From contig CAMNKR010000001.1 in the NCBI GenBank assembly GCA_946542565.1, positions 2,721 through 66,720 of the forward strand: 64,000 nt of DNA, written 5' to 3'. Made by a program: the position numbers and the translations under genes. Shown here piece after piece: positions 8,690 through 17,894 of the stretch. Below the pieces are notes generated by a model, which saw nothing but the letters and a program-made list of their open reading frames with translations, searched no databases and was not told the origin of the DNA. The first letter of the stretch is position 1, and every line of letters starts with the position of its first letter. The DNA comes from an uncultured Prevotella sp. GTDB lineage: Bacteria > Bacteroidota > Bacteroidia > Bacteroidales > Bacteroidaceae.

Positions 8690-10561
8690 TCAGAATTCGA
8701 TGTTTACTCCGCCCATGAAGGTGGCGCGGGGCATGGGGTATCCCAGGTTGATTTCATAACGCTGTGCCAGCAGGTTTTCACCGCGTAGCCAGAGGCTGAC
8801 GGGTTTGGCCACTTGGTAGCTCACTGAGGCGTTCAGCAGTGCGAAACTCTCCTTTGTCTCGTTGTCGCCTACGGCGGTGTAGAGGTTCTCTATGCGCTGT
8901 GCACCCACGATGGCAGTCCACTTCTGTAGGTGGAAGTTAAGACCTAAAAAGTACTTCATCTCCGGTGCTGCTATGATTTTGTTCTTCATGTGCAGATAGG
9001 CAAAGTTACCGATGAAGCTGAGGTGTTTGTCAATGAGGTAGTTCCATTCAAACTCCACGCCCCAGTTCTTGATTTCGCCAGTGTTCACGTTCTGGCGGTT
9101 CACCGTCTGTATCATGTTGTCGCCATTGATGTAGAAGAGGTTGATGCCGTAGCTGATGCTGCTCAGGCGGTGTCGCCAGGACAGTTCGTAGTTCCACAGA
9201 CGCTCAGGCTCCAGTTCCGTGTTGGAGGGCGGGTAGAGGTACATCTCGCGCATGGTGGGGTTGCGGAATCCCTTGCTGACCATGGCTTTCACCTCTCCCC
9301 GCCTGACGGGGCGCACCACGATGCCAGCCTGTGGCACCCATTCGGTGCCTGTTATGCTGTGGTGGTCCACGCGCAGTCCTGCATCGATGGTCAGCCACTC
9401 TGTCAGGTCCTGGCGGAAATCAGCGTATCCGGCTATCTCGTTGCGGTAGGACTTGCCGCTCTGCTTGTTGGGCGTGTCCAGCACTTCGCCGCTTTCCTTC
9501 GACGTGTAGTAGGCGTTACCGTAAATGTGCTGATAGTCTATGCCTACCGTCAGGCGGTTACCTTCGAAGAGGCGTGCACTCTCATACCAGGAAATGCCGG
9601 TCAGCGCGTCCTTTGAGCGGAAGTAGCGCCCAGTGGGCTTCGCGGGGTCGGCCGTTCCGTCGTCTATCTTGTGGCGTCCGAAGTTCGTATAGACACTGAT
9701 CGTACCGCTCAGGTTGTCGAAGTGGTACTCTACGGCTGCCGATACCATGCCGCGTGTTATCCACTGGTCGGCATCGTAGAGCGGACTCGACGTTGCGCCG
9801 GGATAGCTGCTGTTAAAGTGGGTAATGTCTGCATCGACGCAGGCTCTCCAGTGGTCGCTCAGGTCGTAGCCAACCTTCAGGTAGCCCCCATACTGCTCGA
9901 AGCCCATGCGTGGCCGGTGGTTGTCAGTGCGGTTGTATTCTGCTGCCACCGTGCTGCTGAAGCGTCCGCTGCGCACCTGGTTGCTCAGCGACGTCTGCAC
10001 GGTGCCGTAGCTGCCGGCTCCCAGGTTGATGTTGGTCTTTACGCCGTCTTCACGCATGGAGCGCGTCACGATGTTCAGCACGCCGCCCATGGCGTTGCTG
10101 CCGTAGAGCACCGAGGCTGGTCCGCGCAGCACTTCTACGCGTTCGGCCATCAGCGTCTGGTAGCTGTCTGCGATGGGGTGACCGTATATGCCTTGATATT
10201 GCGGGTGGCCGTCAATGAGCACCAGCAGCTGACCGGCTCCTCCCGTCGTGCCACGCAGGTTGATGCCGCCTGCTGCCCCGCCCGATACGCCGTAGCCCAT
10301 CATCGAGCGACTGGTTACGAAGAGTCCCGGCACTTGCTGCATCAAGGTGGGCAGCAAGCTGGTTTGCTGCTGTTCCGTCAGCGTCTTGCGGTCTATGATG
10401 TTCACCGTCATGGGCAGGTGGCGCACATCCACGGCATGGCGGCTGCCGGTTACTACAACTTCGGGTATTGACAGCGTGTCACTTTGTCCGATGGCCTGCA
10501 TACTGACCATGGTCAGTGTCAGGCAGCCAAAGGCGGTCTTCATGTTTTCTGTAAATTTCAT
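8690..10561 (-). CDS. TonB-dependent outer membrane receptor
   Basis: EVVVTG TonB box, plug motif RVEVLRGPASVLYGSNAMGGVLNI, C-terminal aromatic residue. Confidence 0.92.
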   Translation of the reverse strand: MKFTENMKTAFGCLTLTMVSMQAIGQSDTLSIPEVVVTGSRHAVDVRHLPMTVNIIDRKTLTEQQQTSLLPTLMQQVPGLFVTSRSMMGYGVSGGAAGGINLRGTTGGAGQLLVLIDGHPQYQGIYGHPIADSYQTLMAERVEVLRGPASVLYGSNAMGGVLNIVTRSMREDGVKTNINLGAGSYGTVQTSLSNQVRSGRFSSTVAAEYNRTDNHRPRMGFEQYGGYLKVGYDLSDHWRACVDADITHFNSSYPGATSSPLYDADQWITRGMVSAAVEYHFDNLSGTISVYTNFGRHKIDDGTADPAKPTGRYFRSKDALTGISWYESARLFEGNRLTVGIDYQHIYGNAYYTSKESGEVLDTPNKQSGKSYRNEIAGYADFRQDLTEWLTIDAGLRVDHHSITGTEWVPQAGIVVRPVRRGEVKAMVSKGFRNPTMREMYLYPPSNTELEPERLWNYELSWRHRLSSISYGINLFYINGDNMIQTVNRQNVNTGEIKNWGVEFEWNYLIDKHLSFIGNFAYLHMKNKIIAAPEMKYFLGLNFHLQKWTAIVGAQRIENLYTAVGDNETKESFALLNASVSYQVAKPVSLWLRGENLLAQRYEINLGYPMPRATFMGGVNIEF

Positions 10562-10592
10562 TCTCCTTTTACCTTAATATCCGTATTGGGCT

Positions 10593-10673
10593 GCAAAGTT
10601 ACGATTAAGTGAGAACAAAACAAAGAAAAATCTTTCTTTTTTTTGTCGAACGTGAGAACAAAACAAAGAAAAA
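10593..10673 (-). repeat. Dispersed promoter-bearing repeat, copy B, plus a partial second unit
   Basis: Reverse complement of 2030-2095 with 3 mismatches. GTGAGAACAAAACAAAGAAAAA occurs at 10609 and 10652. Confidence 0.9.
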
Positions 10674-10730
10674 CCGGGCGAGGTACGCCATTTCGTCACC
10701 TTCGCCCGGAACAAAAGAGAAGCGATGTTA

Positions 10731-13142
10731 TTACATGCGTGCTTTCTGCCTGTCGCCTGCACCGGAGCCGCGATACTTCGAGCGAGCCTCGTTGAACTTC
10801 CATGTCAGGTCGAGGATGAAGGTGCGGCGGGCGGGATTGCTGACGGTCAGTTCACGATAGCCGTAAATGATGGCGTTGGTCTTGTTGGAATTGAAAAGGT
10901 CAATGCAGCGCAGGTCGGCTGTCAGCTGTCCGAGTCGGCGCAGGTTGAAGTCCCTTTGTATGCCGAGGCTGCCTACTATGCGGGGTTTCGTGATGTAGAA
11001 ATTGTTGTACTCTCCCTTCGTGGCCCACTCCAGGTCAGCATTGATGCGGAAGGCCTTGGGCAGCTCGATGGTGTTGCGCCAGGAGCCGTTGAACCAAGGC
11101 CGGCTGAGCTTGACGACCTCGCCGGTGGCAGTTGGCGACTTGTAGTTCTGCAGCATGGCCACAACCGCCCACGTGGGGTGCCACTTCAATTGAGAATTGA
11201 AAATTGAGAATTGAAAATTAGGGCGGGCGGAGGCTATGACCGTGAGGCGGTCATAATCCTCCTGGCTGTTGATGGGGCGCACAAGACTGATAAGAGGGTC
11301 CGTGGCACCGGGATAGGGCTCGGTTGACATGGTGATGGCATCTTTCATTCGGCCATAGTTCAGCGTCAGGTTTACCCACTTGTAGGCGGTATTCAGCACA
11401 ACGCTGTGAGTGTAGGTCGGTTTCAGGTAGGGGTTTCCGCTCTGGTAGGTGTAGCGATTGATGTAGATGGTAGAGCTGGTCAGGTTGGTGTATGGCGGAC
11501 GCTCAATGTCGCGGCGGTATGACAGCGAAAACTGCACCTTGCCGAGGGGGGCGGAGATGACCGCCGTGGGGAACCAGTCGCCGTCATTTCGGCAAACCTC
11601 GTCCTCCTTCTTGCCGAAGTTGAAGTAGTCGTTCTTCAGATGTTCGTAGCGCAGCCCCAACTGTGCAAAGACCTTTCCGAATTGGCGGCCAAACTCCAGG
11701 AAGACGGCAGAAGACTTCTCGTTAATCTCCGTGTCGGTAGCCTTCACGGGGACGGCATCGGTGGCGTGGAAGTCGTAAGCATCTGTGCGGTGGTTGTAGC
11801 TGTATTCGCCACCCAGCGAGAGGTTACCCTTCCAGACGGGATAGCCCAGAATGAGTTTCGAGGCCCAGAAGTTGTTTGAACTGACGGTCTTGCTCTCCAT
11901 GCTGCGCCTTGATGGTTGCTCTGGTACAGCAGCCGACGGGACGAGGGCGGCAGTTACTTCCTTCGTAATGCCGGACGACTGGGTGTCGTCGAACAGTCCG
12001 TCAATGTTCAGGTCGATGCTTAACGGGCCCACCTTTCCGTTGTAGTATGCATTGAAGATATGCTTCTTGAATTCGTCCTCCTGGGAGATGTCGCTCTCTG
12101 AATGCTCCACATAATTGCCGTTCTCGTAGTTGTCGGTATAGTACATGCGGTTATACTTGCCCTTCGGGTGACGGTCGTATTTGTAGAAGGCACCAAAGCT
12201 GTGGTTCTCGTTCAGCATGTAGTTCAACTGCAACTGTGGCGACCAGCCTTTCCAGACGTTCTTCGACTCCTGCCAGCTGATACCCTCTATCTTGTCAGGT
12301 CCGGCATAGTAGTTTAGCGTGTTGTCCTGCAGCGACTTTGCATGACCATAGCGCCCTGCCCATAGCGAGGCTGTGATGTCCAGGCCCCCCGTGCGGTAGT
12401 TCACATCAAGGTTATTGGTTAAGGTATGGCCATACTGATATATACCACTGAGGTTATCCTGAAAACTAAATCCTTCACCCTGTGCCTTCTTCAGCGTGAT
12501 GCGTACGACGGCCTTTGTAGAGGCGGCATAGCGGGCGCCAGGGTTCTGCACCACATCTACATGCTGTATCTGGTCGGAGCGAAGTCGGGAGAGCTCCTTC
12601 AGGTCCTGCACCCGGCGCCCGTTGATATATACCTCGGCATCGCCACGCCCCAGCACCTTCACGGCTCCGTCGCGCTCTGCCTCCACCGACGGAATCTTCG
12701 AGAGGGCATCGCTCACCGTACCTGCTTTCTCCAGAATCGTTCCTGCCACTGTGGTTCGCATGGCGTCGCCCTTGGCGTGGGTCTGCGGCAACTGGCTCTT
12801 CACCACCACCTCGCCGAGTGACTGCGTTTCCTCCTTCATCTGGATGATGAGGTCGTTGGTTCCCTTATATGGCAGGTAAAGCGTCTCGTAGCCTATGCTG
12901 GTCAGCTTCAGCAAGCCTTCTGTTCGTTGGGTCACAATATTAAACTTACCGTTCTCGTCGGTTACTGCTCCCTGTATGAAAGCAGAGTCAGGCAGCGACA
13001 GCAAGACCACGTTTACAAACGGTAGCGGCTGACCGTTCTCGTCGGTTACTTGACCACCTGCGTCCTGTGTCTCGGCCATCGCCGTCAGACTTGTCATTAC
13101 GGCTACAAGGAGTGTAGCCAGTCTCATGCTTGTTCTTTTCAT
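10731..13142 (-). CDS. Outer membrane beta-barrel family protein with carboxypeptidase-regulatory-like N-domain (TonB-receptor-like)
   Basis: Signal peptide, GQVTDENGQPLPFVNV, VVQNPGARY, GNPYLKP. Confidence 0.85.
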   Translation of the reverse strand: MKRTSMRLATLLVAVMTSLTAMAETQDAGGQVTDENGQPLPFVNVVLLSLPDSAFIQGAVTDENGKFNIVTQRTEGLLKLTSIGYETLYLPYKGTNDLIIQMKEETQSLGEVVVKSQLPQTHAKGDAMRTTVAGTILEKAGTVSDALSKIPSVEAERDGAVKVLGRGDAEVYINGRRVQDLKELSRLRSDQIQHVDVVQNPGARYAASTKAVVRITLKKAQGEGFSFQDNLSGIYQYGHTLTNNLDVNYRTGGLDITASLWAGRYGHAKSLQDNTLNYYAGPDKIEGISWQESKNVWKGWSPQLQLNYMLNENHSFGAFYKYDRHPKGKYNRMYYTDNYENGNYVEHSESDISQEDEFKKHIFNAYYNGKVGPLSIDLNIDGLFDDTQSSGITKEVTAALVPSAAVPEQPSRRSMESKTVSSNNFWASKLILGYPVWKGNLSLGGEYSYNHRTDAYDFHATDAVPVKATDTEINEKSSAVFLEFGRQFGKVFAQLGLRYEHLKNDYFNFGKKEDEVCRNDGDWFPTAVISAPLGKVQFSLSYRRDIERPPYTNLTSSTIYINRYTYQSGNPYLKPTYTHSVVLNTAYKWVNLTLNYGRMKDAITMSTEPYPGATDPLISLVRPINSQEDYDRLTVIASARPNFQFSIFNSQLKWHPTWAVVAMLQNYKSPTATGEVVKLSRPWFNGSWRNTIELPKAFRINADLEWATKGEYNNFYITKPRIVGSLGIQRDFNLRRLGQLTADLRCIDLFNSNKTNAIIYGYRELTVSNPARRTFILDLTWKFNEARSKYRGSGAGDRQKARM

Positions 13143-13286
13143 ATCCTTCTTTTGTTAGTTTGATGATGTTTCTGGCCGCAAAGTTAAGAAGAGGTTACTG
13201 AACAGACAAGTTTCTGGGATATTCTGCATAATTCTGTGACGAATGGTGAGAAAATACATTTATTTTCATTATCTTTGCACCCCGAA

Positions 13287-14123
13287 ATGGATAAGGTCTG
13301 GAAAGAAACATATCGCGTACGCGCCATCAGCGTGGCATTTGCCGTGCTGGCACTTGCCGTCTTCAAACCCTTCGGCCTTGAAGCGTGGCAGTGGGAGGGG
13401 TACGCCCACTTGCTCGTTATTTGGATATTGGGCATGGGTGTCTGCCTGCTGACAGAAGCCATCTTGCGGTTCATCGTCAGGATTCCACGGTCGTTGGAGC
13501 GCGGGGCTACATACATTATCCGGCGTAACCTGTGGTTCCAGCTGATCAACACCCCGCTCGTGTCACTGATGATTTGTCTCTACCGCCATTTCCTTCTCAG
13601 CGACCGTGTGCCGGCCAATCAGCTTTCGTGGGGCAACTTCCTTGAGACACTCCTCGTCTTCGCCTTCATCTCTTTTGCCATCGGTCTCTATTGGCGCTAC
13701 AAGTTCCGCAGCCGTTACCTGGCCTTGGAGTTGGACGAGATACGCCAGCTGAACGAGAAACTGAAGATTGTCACCCCCAAGGGCGTTACCCTCACAGGAA
13801 CGACAAGCGAGAACGTGACGCTGAACATAACCGACCTGCTCTTTATCGAGACCATAGGCAACTATGTGAAGGTGTGCCACTTGCACGACGGTGAAGTGTG
13901 CACCGACATGCTTCGTGCCACGTCAAAACAGATGGAAAGCGAACTTCACGATTACCCGATGATAGTACGTTGCCACCGCGCCTTCCTCGTCAACCTTGCC
14001 CAAGTGGAGCAAGTCGCCGTCAAGTCTGGCAACATGCAGCTCATCGTCAAGCACAGCCACGACTGCATTCCCGTTTCACGCAGTAACGTTGCTCAAATCA
14101 AGGATGCCATTAAGAATATCTGA
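13287..14123 (+). CDS. Membrane-anchored LytTR-family DNA-binding regulator
   Basis: About 4 hydrophobic segments, then LLFIETIGNYV, RCHRAFLVNL, IPVSRS. Start placed at ATG 13287 after TATCTTTG (13270-13277). Confidence 0.88.
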   Translation: MDKVWKETYRVRAISVAFAVLALAVFKPFGLEAWQWEGYAHLLVIWILGMGVCLLTEAILRFIVRIPRSLERGATYIIRRNLWFQLINTPLVSLMICLYRHFLLSDRVPANQLSWGNFLETLLVFAFISFAIGLYWRYKFRSRYLALELDEIRQLNEKLKIVTPKGVTLTGTTSENVTLNITDLLFIETIGNYVKVCHLHDGEVCTDMLRATSKQMESELHDYPMIVRCHRAFLVNLAQVEQVAVKSGNMQLIVKHSHDCIPVSRSNVAQIKDAIKNI

Positions 14124-14221
14124 GACTTACCGATAATAAAAAATAACTTAATTTATTTTGCGCTTTATTCCTTTTGCACTATCTTTGCACAATAAATACA
14201 TTGTATAAAACAACAGAAGCT

Positions 14222-15961
14222 ATGAGAAAGATTTTTATGACCATGTTGGCCCTGTTGCCCATGCTGGCAGCAGCCCAGGTAACCAAGAACGTTACACTTA
14301 ACGAGGCTGGCGACTTGAAAAATCAGATTACAGAAGGCGAAAAACTCAGCATCGTGTCGCTGACCGTCAGCGGTCCGATGAACGGAAACGACATCAAACT
14401 CTTGCAGCAGATTGTCAACCGTTCGAAGGCAAAGGAGCAGAAGGGTGAATACCTGACCACCACACTCGACCTTTCAGGCGCCGTCATTCTGGAAGGCAAG
14501 GAGGGCATGAAGCTGAAGGCTGACGAGCTGCCCGCAGGCTGCTTTACCGACGCGAAGGGCCTGCTCACAGTCAAGCTGCCCTCTGGGTTGAAAGTCATCA
14601 GCAAGAACAGCTTCAAGGGGTGCAGCAACCTGAGAGACATCTCTGTCCCCGCCACGTTGACGACCATCGAGGATGCTGCCTTCCAAGACTGCTCAAGCTT
14701 GGCAGCCATCAGCCTGCCTGCAGGCCTGACCAGCATTGGCGACGAGGCCTTCGAAGACTGCGACGCCCTGCAGCTTGTCGAGATACCGGCTTCGGTCAAG
14801 AAGATGGGCGGCCAGGCGTTCAACGACTGTAAGGTGCTCACCACCGTCAACATTCTTGCTGACCTGAAGGAGATTGAGAAATCAACCTTCAAGGGCTGCA
14901 GCAACCTGCAGAATGTCGTACTGCCCGCTTCGCTGAAGACCATCGGCAGCGATGCCTTCTCCGGCTGTAAGAGCATGGCCGCGCTGAACCTGCCCGCTAC
15001 TGTTCAGGAGATTGGCAACGGTGCCTTCGAGGGCTGCTCGGCACTGACGGATATAGCCTTGAATAATGTTTCGACCATTGCGAGCAACGCCTTCCAGGGC
15101 TGCAAGAGCCTGCAGGCCGTCAGCTTGGCTGCCATCTCCAAGCTGGGCAGCGACGCCTTCAAGGACTGCACCTCGCTGACTACAGCCGAGCTGCAGGGTA
15201 GCTGCAAGGAAATCAGCAGCGAGGCCTTCAGTGGCTGTTCTTCGCTGAACAGGGTTCTGCTGCCGTCGGGCTTGCGCGAGATAAGCAGCAATGCCTTCAG
15301 GGGCTGCAAGTCGCTCTCGGTCGTCGAGCTGCCCTCAACGGTAGAGAAGATAGGCAGCCATGCTTTCGAGAATTGCTCCGCACTGACCGCCATCGTCATC
15401 CCCAATGCCGTAAGGAAGTTAGGCGGCAGCGCCTTCCAGGACTGCACGTCGCTCGATAATGTCTCCATTCTCGGCATGATTACCGAGCTTGAATCCGACA
15501 TGTTCTTAAACTGCAAGAACCTGCGCACCGTCAACCTGCCCGCCTCTTTAACCAAGATAGGCACCAAGGCCTTCCTGGGATGTGCCATGCTCAACGACAT
15601 TACGCTGCCCGTTGCACTGGCAGAAATTGGCGACGATGCCTTCGAGAAGTGTGTCTCCTTGGCCAGGGTGGTTATCCCCACAGCCGTAACAACCATCGGC
15701 AGCGATGCCTTCTACGAGTGTACGATGCTGGCTTCGGTCGAGCTGTCCGTCGCCCTGAAGAAGATAGGTGGATCAGCTTTTGCCGGCTGTCCCTCGCTGC
15801 GCGAGATGAAGGTTAATGCCCCCGCACCGCCCTCCATCTCCAAGAGCACGTTCAAGGACTGCAACGCCTGCACCTTCTGGGTTCCCAAAGGCTGCCTGCC
15901 GCTCTATAAGGCTGACAAGGTGTGGGGCAAGCTGGGCATCGTCAGGGAGCAGGAGCTCTGA
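14222..15961 (+). CDS. BspA-like leucine-rich repeat (LRR_5) surface protein
   Basis: Signal peptide and many 23-aa repeats of the form LP..L..IG..AF.GC..L. Confidence 0.92.
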   Translation: MRKIFMTMLALLPMLAAAQVTKNVTLNEAGDLKNQITEGEKLSIVSLTVSGPMNGNDIKLLQQIVNRSKAKEQKGEYLTTTLDLSGAVILEGKEGMKLKADELPAGCFTDAKGLLTVKLPSGLKVISKNSFKGCSNLRDISVPATLTTIEDAAFQDCSSLAAISLPAGLTSIGDEAFEDCDALQLVEIPASVKKMGGQAFNDCKVLTTVNILADLKEIEKSTFKGCSNLQNVVLPASLKTIGSDAFSGCKSMAALNLPATVQEIGNGAFEGCSALTDIALNNVSTIASNAFQGCKSLQAVSLAAISKLGSDAFKDCTSLTTAELQGSCKEISSEAFSGCSSLNRVLLPSGLREISSNAFRGCKSLSVVELPSTVEKIGSHAFENCSALTAIVIPNAVRKLGGSAFQDCTSLDNVSILGMITELESDMFLNCKNLRTVNLPASLTKIGTKAFLGCAMLNDITLPVALAEIGDDAFEKCVSLARVVIPTAVTTIGSDAFYECTMLASVELSVALKKIGGSAFAGCPSLREMKVNAPAPPSISKSTFKDCNACTFWVPKGCLPLYKADKVWGKLGIVREQEL

Positions 15962-15990
15962 CTTCTGCCTCCCCCTCTCTGTCAATCGAC

Positions 15991-16566
15991 ATGCTAGAAC
16001 TGCACGACGTCCTCATACAGCAGCACCAGCAGCCAGTGTCGTTAACCGCGCGAGACGGCCAGCTGGTGTGTATCTCCGGAGCCCCGGGCTCAGGAAAGAC
16101 CACCCTTCTGCGTACCGTTATGGGGTTGGTGCCTTTCAGGGGGGGCCACATCAGTTTCGACGGCGAGCTGCTCACTCCACTTTCTGCTGCTTACTTTCGC
16201 CACTTCATGGGCTACGTGCCCAGCCGGCTTGAGCTCATTCCCGGTCAGGATCGCGTGGCCGACGCGCGCCGCCTCCTGCAGGGGCTGTCGGCGGGGCGTC
16301 AGCAGTTGCTGCCGTCGCTGCCGGGCGAAGAGCGCCTGTGGGGTCAGCTCTCGCGTCAGGAGCAGTACCTCGTGCTCCTGCAGTTGGTGGTCAGCCAGCA
16401 GAGCCGCCTGCTCCTGGTCGATGAGCCACATTGCGCCCTCAGCCTGGGCCAGCAGTACGAGGCCGAGGTCCTTCTTCGTCAGGCCCTCTCGGCGGGTGCC
16501 TCCGTTGTCGTTGTAAGCAGCGAGCAGTCAGTCAGAAGTTTAACCCCAAACATCATTGAGCTTTAG
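15991..16566 (+). CDS. Degenerate ABC transporter ATP-binding protein (FetA/YbbL-like)
   Basis: Walker A GAPGSGKT and Walker B LLLVDEP present. Signature motif and H-loop are divergent. Confidence 0.7.
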   Translation: MLELHDVLIQQHQQPVSLTARDGQLVCISGAPGSGKTTLLRTVMGLVPFRGGHISFDGELLTPLSAAYFRHFMGYVPSRLELIPGQDRVADARRLLQGLSAGRQQLLPSLPGEERLWGQLSRQEQYLVLLQLVVSQQSRLLLVDEPHCALSLGQQYEAEVLLRQALSAGASVVVVSSEQSVRSLTPNIIEL

Positions 16567-16582
16567 AAAAAAAGAAAGAATC

Positions 16583-17095
16583 ATGAAGGTGTCAGCTTTG
16601 AATCGTCGGCTTATGTTGCCGCTCTTTATCAGTGGAGTGTTGGCCGTTGCCCTGACGGGCATCGCAGATTATCTCTTGCTGCGCTGGGTGTGGTTACCCG
16701 GCGGGGGTACCGCTGGGCACTGCGTTGCCTGCGTCTGTTGCCTGCTCTTGGCCGAGGAGACGTTTGTCGTGTGCCGTACGGGACTGCTCATTCACTACCA
16801 CGCCCGTCATACCCAGGCCGGTCTGCGCGAGTTTCTGGTGGGCAATGGGGCCAAGCAGTTCGAGGCCCTGCAGCCTTACTACCGCCACGTCATCAGCCGT
16901 ACGCTGGTTCAGTCGCTGTGGCGCTGGTTCTTTGTTGTGCTGTTCGTCGTGCTGCCTTGCGGCTTCATCTTCTTGCTTGGCGGGTTTTCGCTGCGCGTGG
17001 TGTTGGGGGTGGGTTGCTGTCTGCTGTCCGTTGTCTGTTGTGCCGTGGCTGCTTTGTTGCTTTCCATGTTTCTTTACGACCGTCTGGACAAGTAG
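16583..17095 (+). CDS. Membrane protein, short FetB/YbbM-like ABC permease
   Basis: Hydrophobic. FLVGNGAKQFEALQPY resembles the UPF0014 segment. Follows the ATPase gene. Confidence 0.5.
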   Translation: MKVSALNRRLMLPLFISGVLAVALTGIADYLLLRWVWLPGGGTAGHCVACVCCLLLAEETFVVCRTGLLIHYHARHTQAGLREFLVGNGAKQFEALQPYYRHVISRTLVQSLWRWFFVVLFVVLPCGFIFLLGGFSLRVVLGVGCCLLSVVCCAVAALLLSMFLYDRLDK

Positions 17096-17102
17096 TTTTT
17101 GT

Positions 17103-17138
17103 AAAAAAATTTGAGAGCGGCTAAACAGCCGCCCTCAA
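17103..17138 (-). terminator. Intrinsic terminator
   Basis: Stem 17111-17122/17127-17138, then T7 on the minus strand. Confidence 0.8.
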
Positions 17139-17203
17139 CCAACACAAAAACTAAACTAGACTTAACTAAAGCATATTAGGATTTTCACAAACCCCGAATT
17201 GCA
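17103..17203 (-). ncRNA. Candidate ~100-nt small RNA
   Basis: Minus-strand TAACTTTG at 17215-17208, 5' hairpin with GUGA loop, U-rich linker, 12-bp terminator stem followed by U7. No ORF. Confidence 0.7.
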
Positions 17204-17470
17204 GGGGCAAAGTTACAAACAATATTTGAATCCTGCAAGACTTCCAGCGAATTTTTTTTCGTTTTTCATTCATTCTGCCGTTTTATTGTCCGAAAAAGTA
17301 GCCTTCCCAGCCCGAAAGCGCTTTCTTTCTGCGTTGATGGGCCTATGCATGGAGTGATATGGTGCAAAGCTACAATTCCGCGTCTGACTCCCGTCTGCCG
17401 TAACTTTGAACGGACTTTTCGAATTCAGACACCGTCCAATTCTTTCTCCATAAGAAATTGTTGAAAAATA

Positions 17471-17845
17471 GGAAAAACTGACGCAAACTTTGTATTCTTC
17501 TTAAGGTCAGTGAGTTATTCCGCGTCGGTTTGCTTTTTTTGAAGAGTCAAACTGACGCGATCAGAACACTGCGTTCTTCTGGATAAACGCAGTATTTCGG
17601 TTCTACGAGATTTTGTGTGTTGGTTACAATCTTGCAGAACCGGTAATAGAATGGACAGCGGAGCCCACGCTTTAACGGTACTTCTCTGCAGGAGAAGCGG
17701 TACTTCTCTGCAGGAGAAGCGGTACTTCTTTAGGGGGAAAGCAAACTGGAAGAGGCGCGTCAGTTTGACTCTTCAAAAAAAACAAACCGACGCGCCATAA
17801 ACCTTTGTCTAAGAACTGTTTAGAAGGTTTGCGTCGGTTTTTTGC
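17471..17845. mobile_element. MITE-like non-coding element with long inverted arms and an internal 22-bp tandem repeat
   Basis: 39-bp IR 17521-17559/17756-17794 (1 mismatch), outer IR about 17473-17490/17825-17842, tandem repeat 17676-17741. Mobility is an inference. Confidence 0.55.
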
Positions 17846-17894
17846 CTTTTTTGTCAGACTTGTGTGCGCTCGCACCTCGTACCCCGTCAAAATA

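Noticed and set aside
10562-10730. Cobalamin or other riboswitch ahead of the TonB receptor
   Set aside because: The region is occupied by the promoter repeat, the leader is only about 30 nt, and no B12-box-like sequence was seen.
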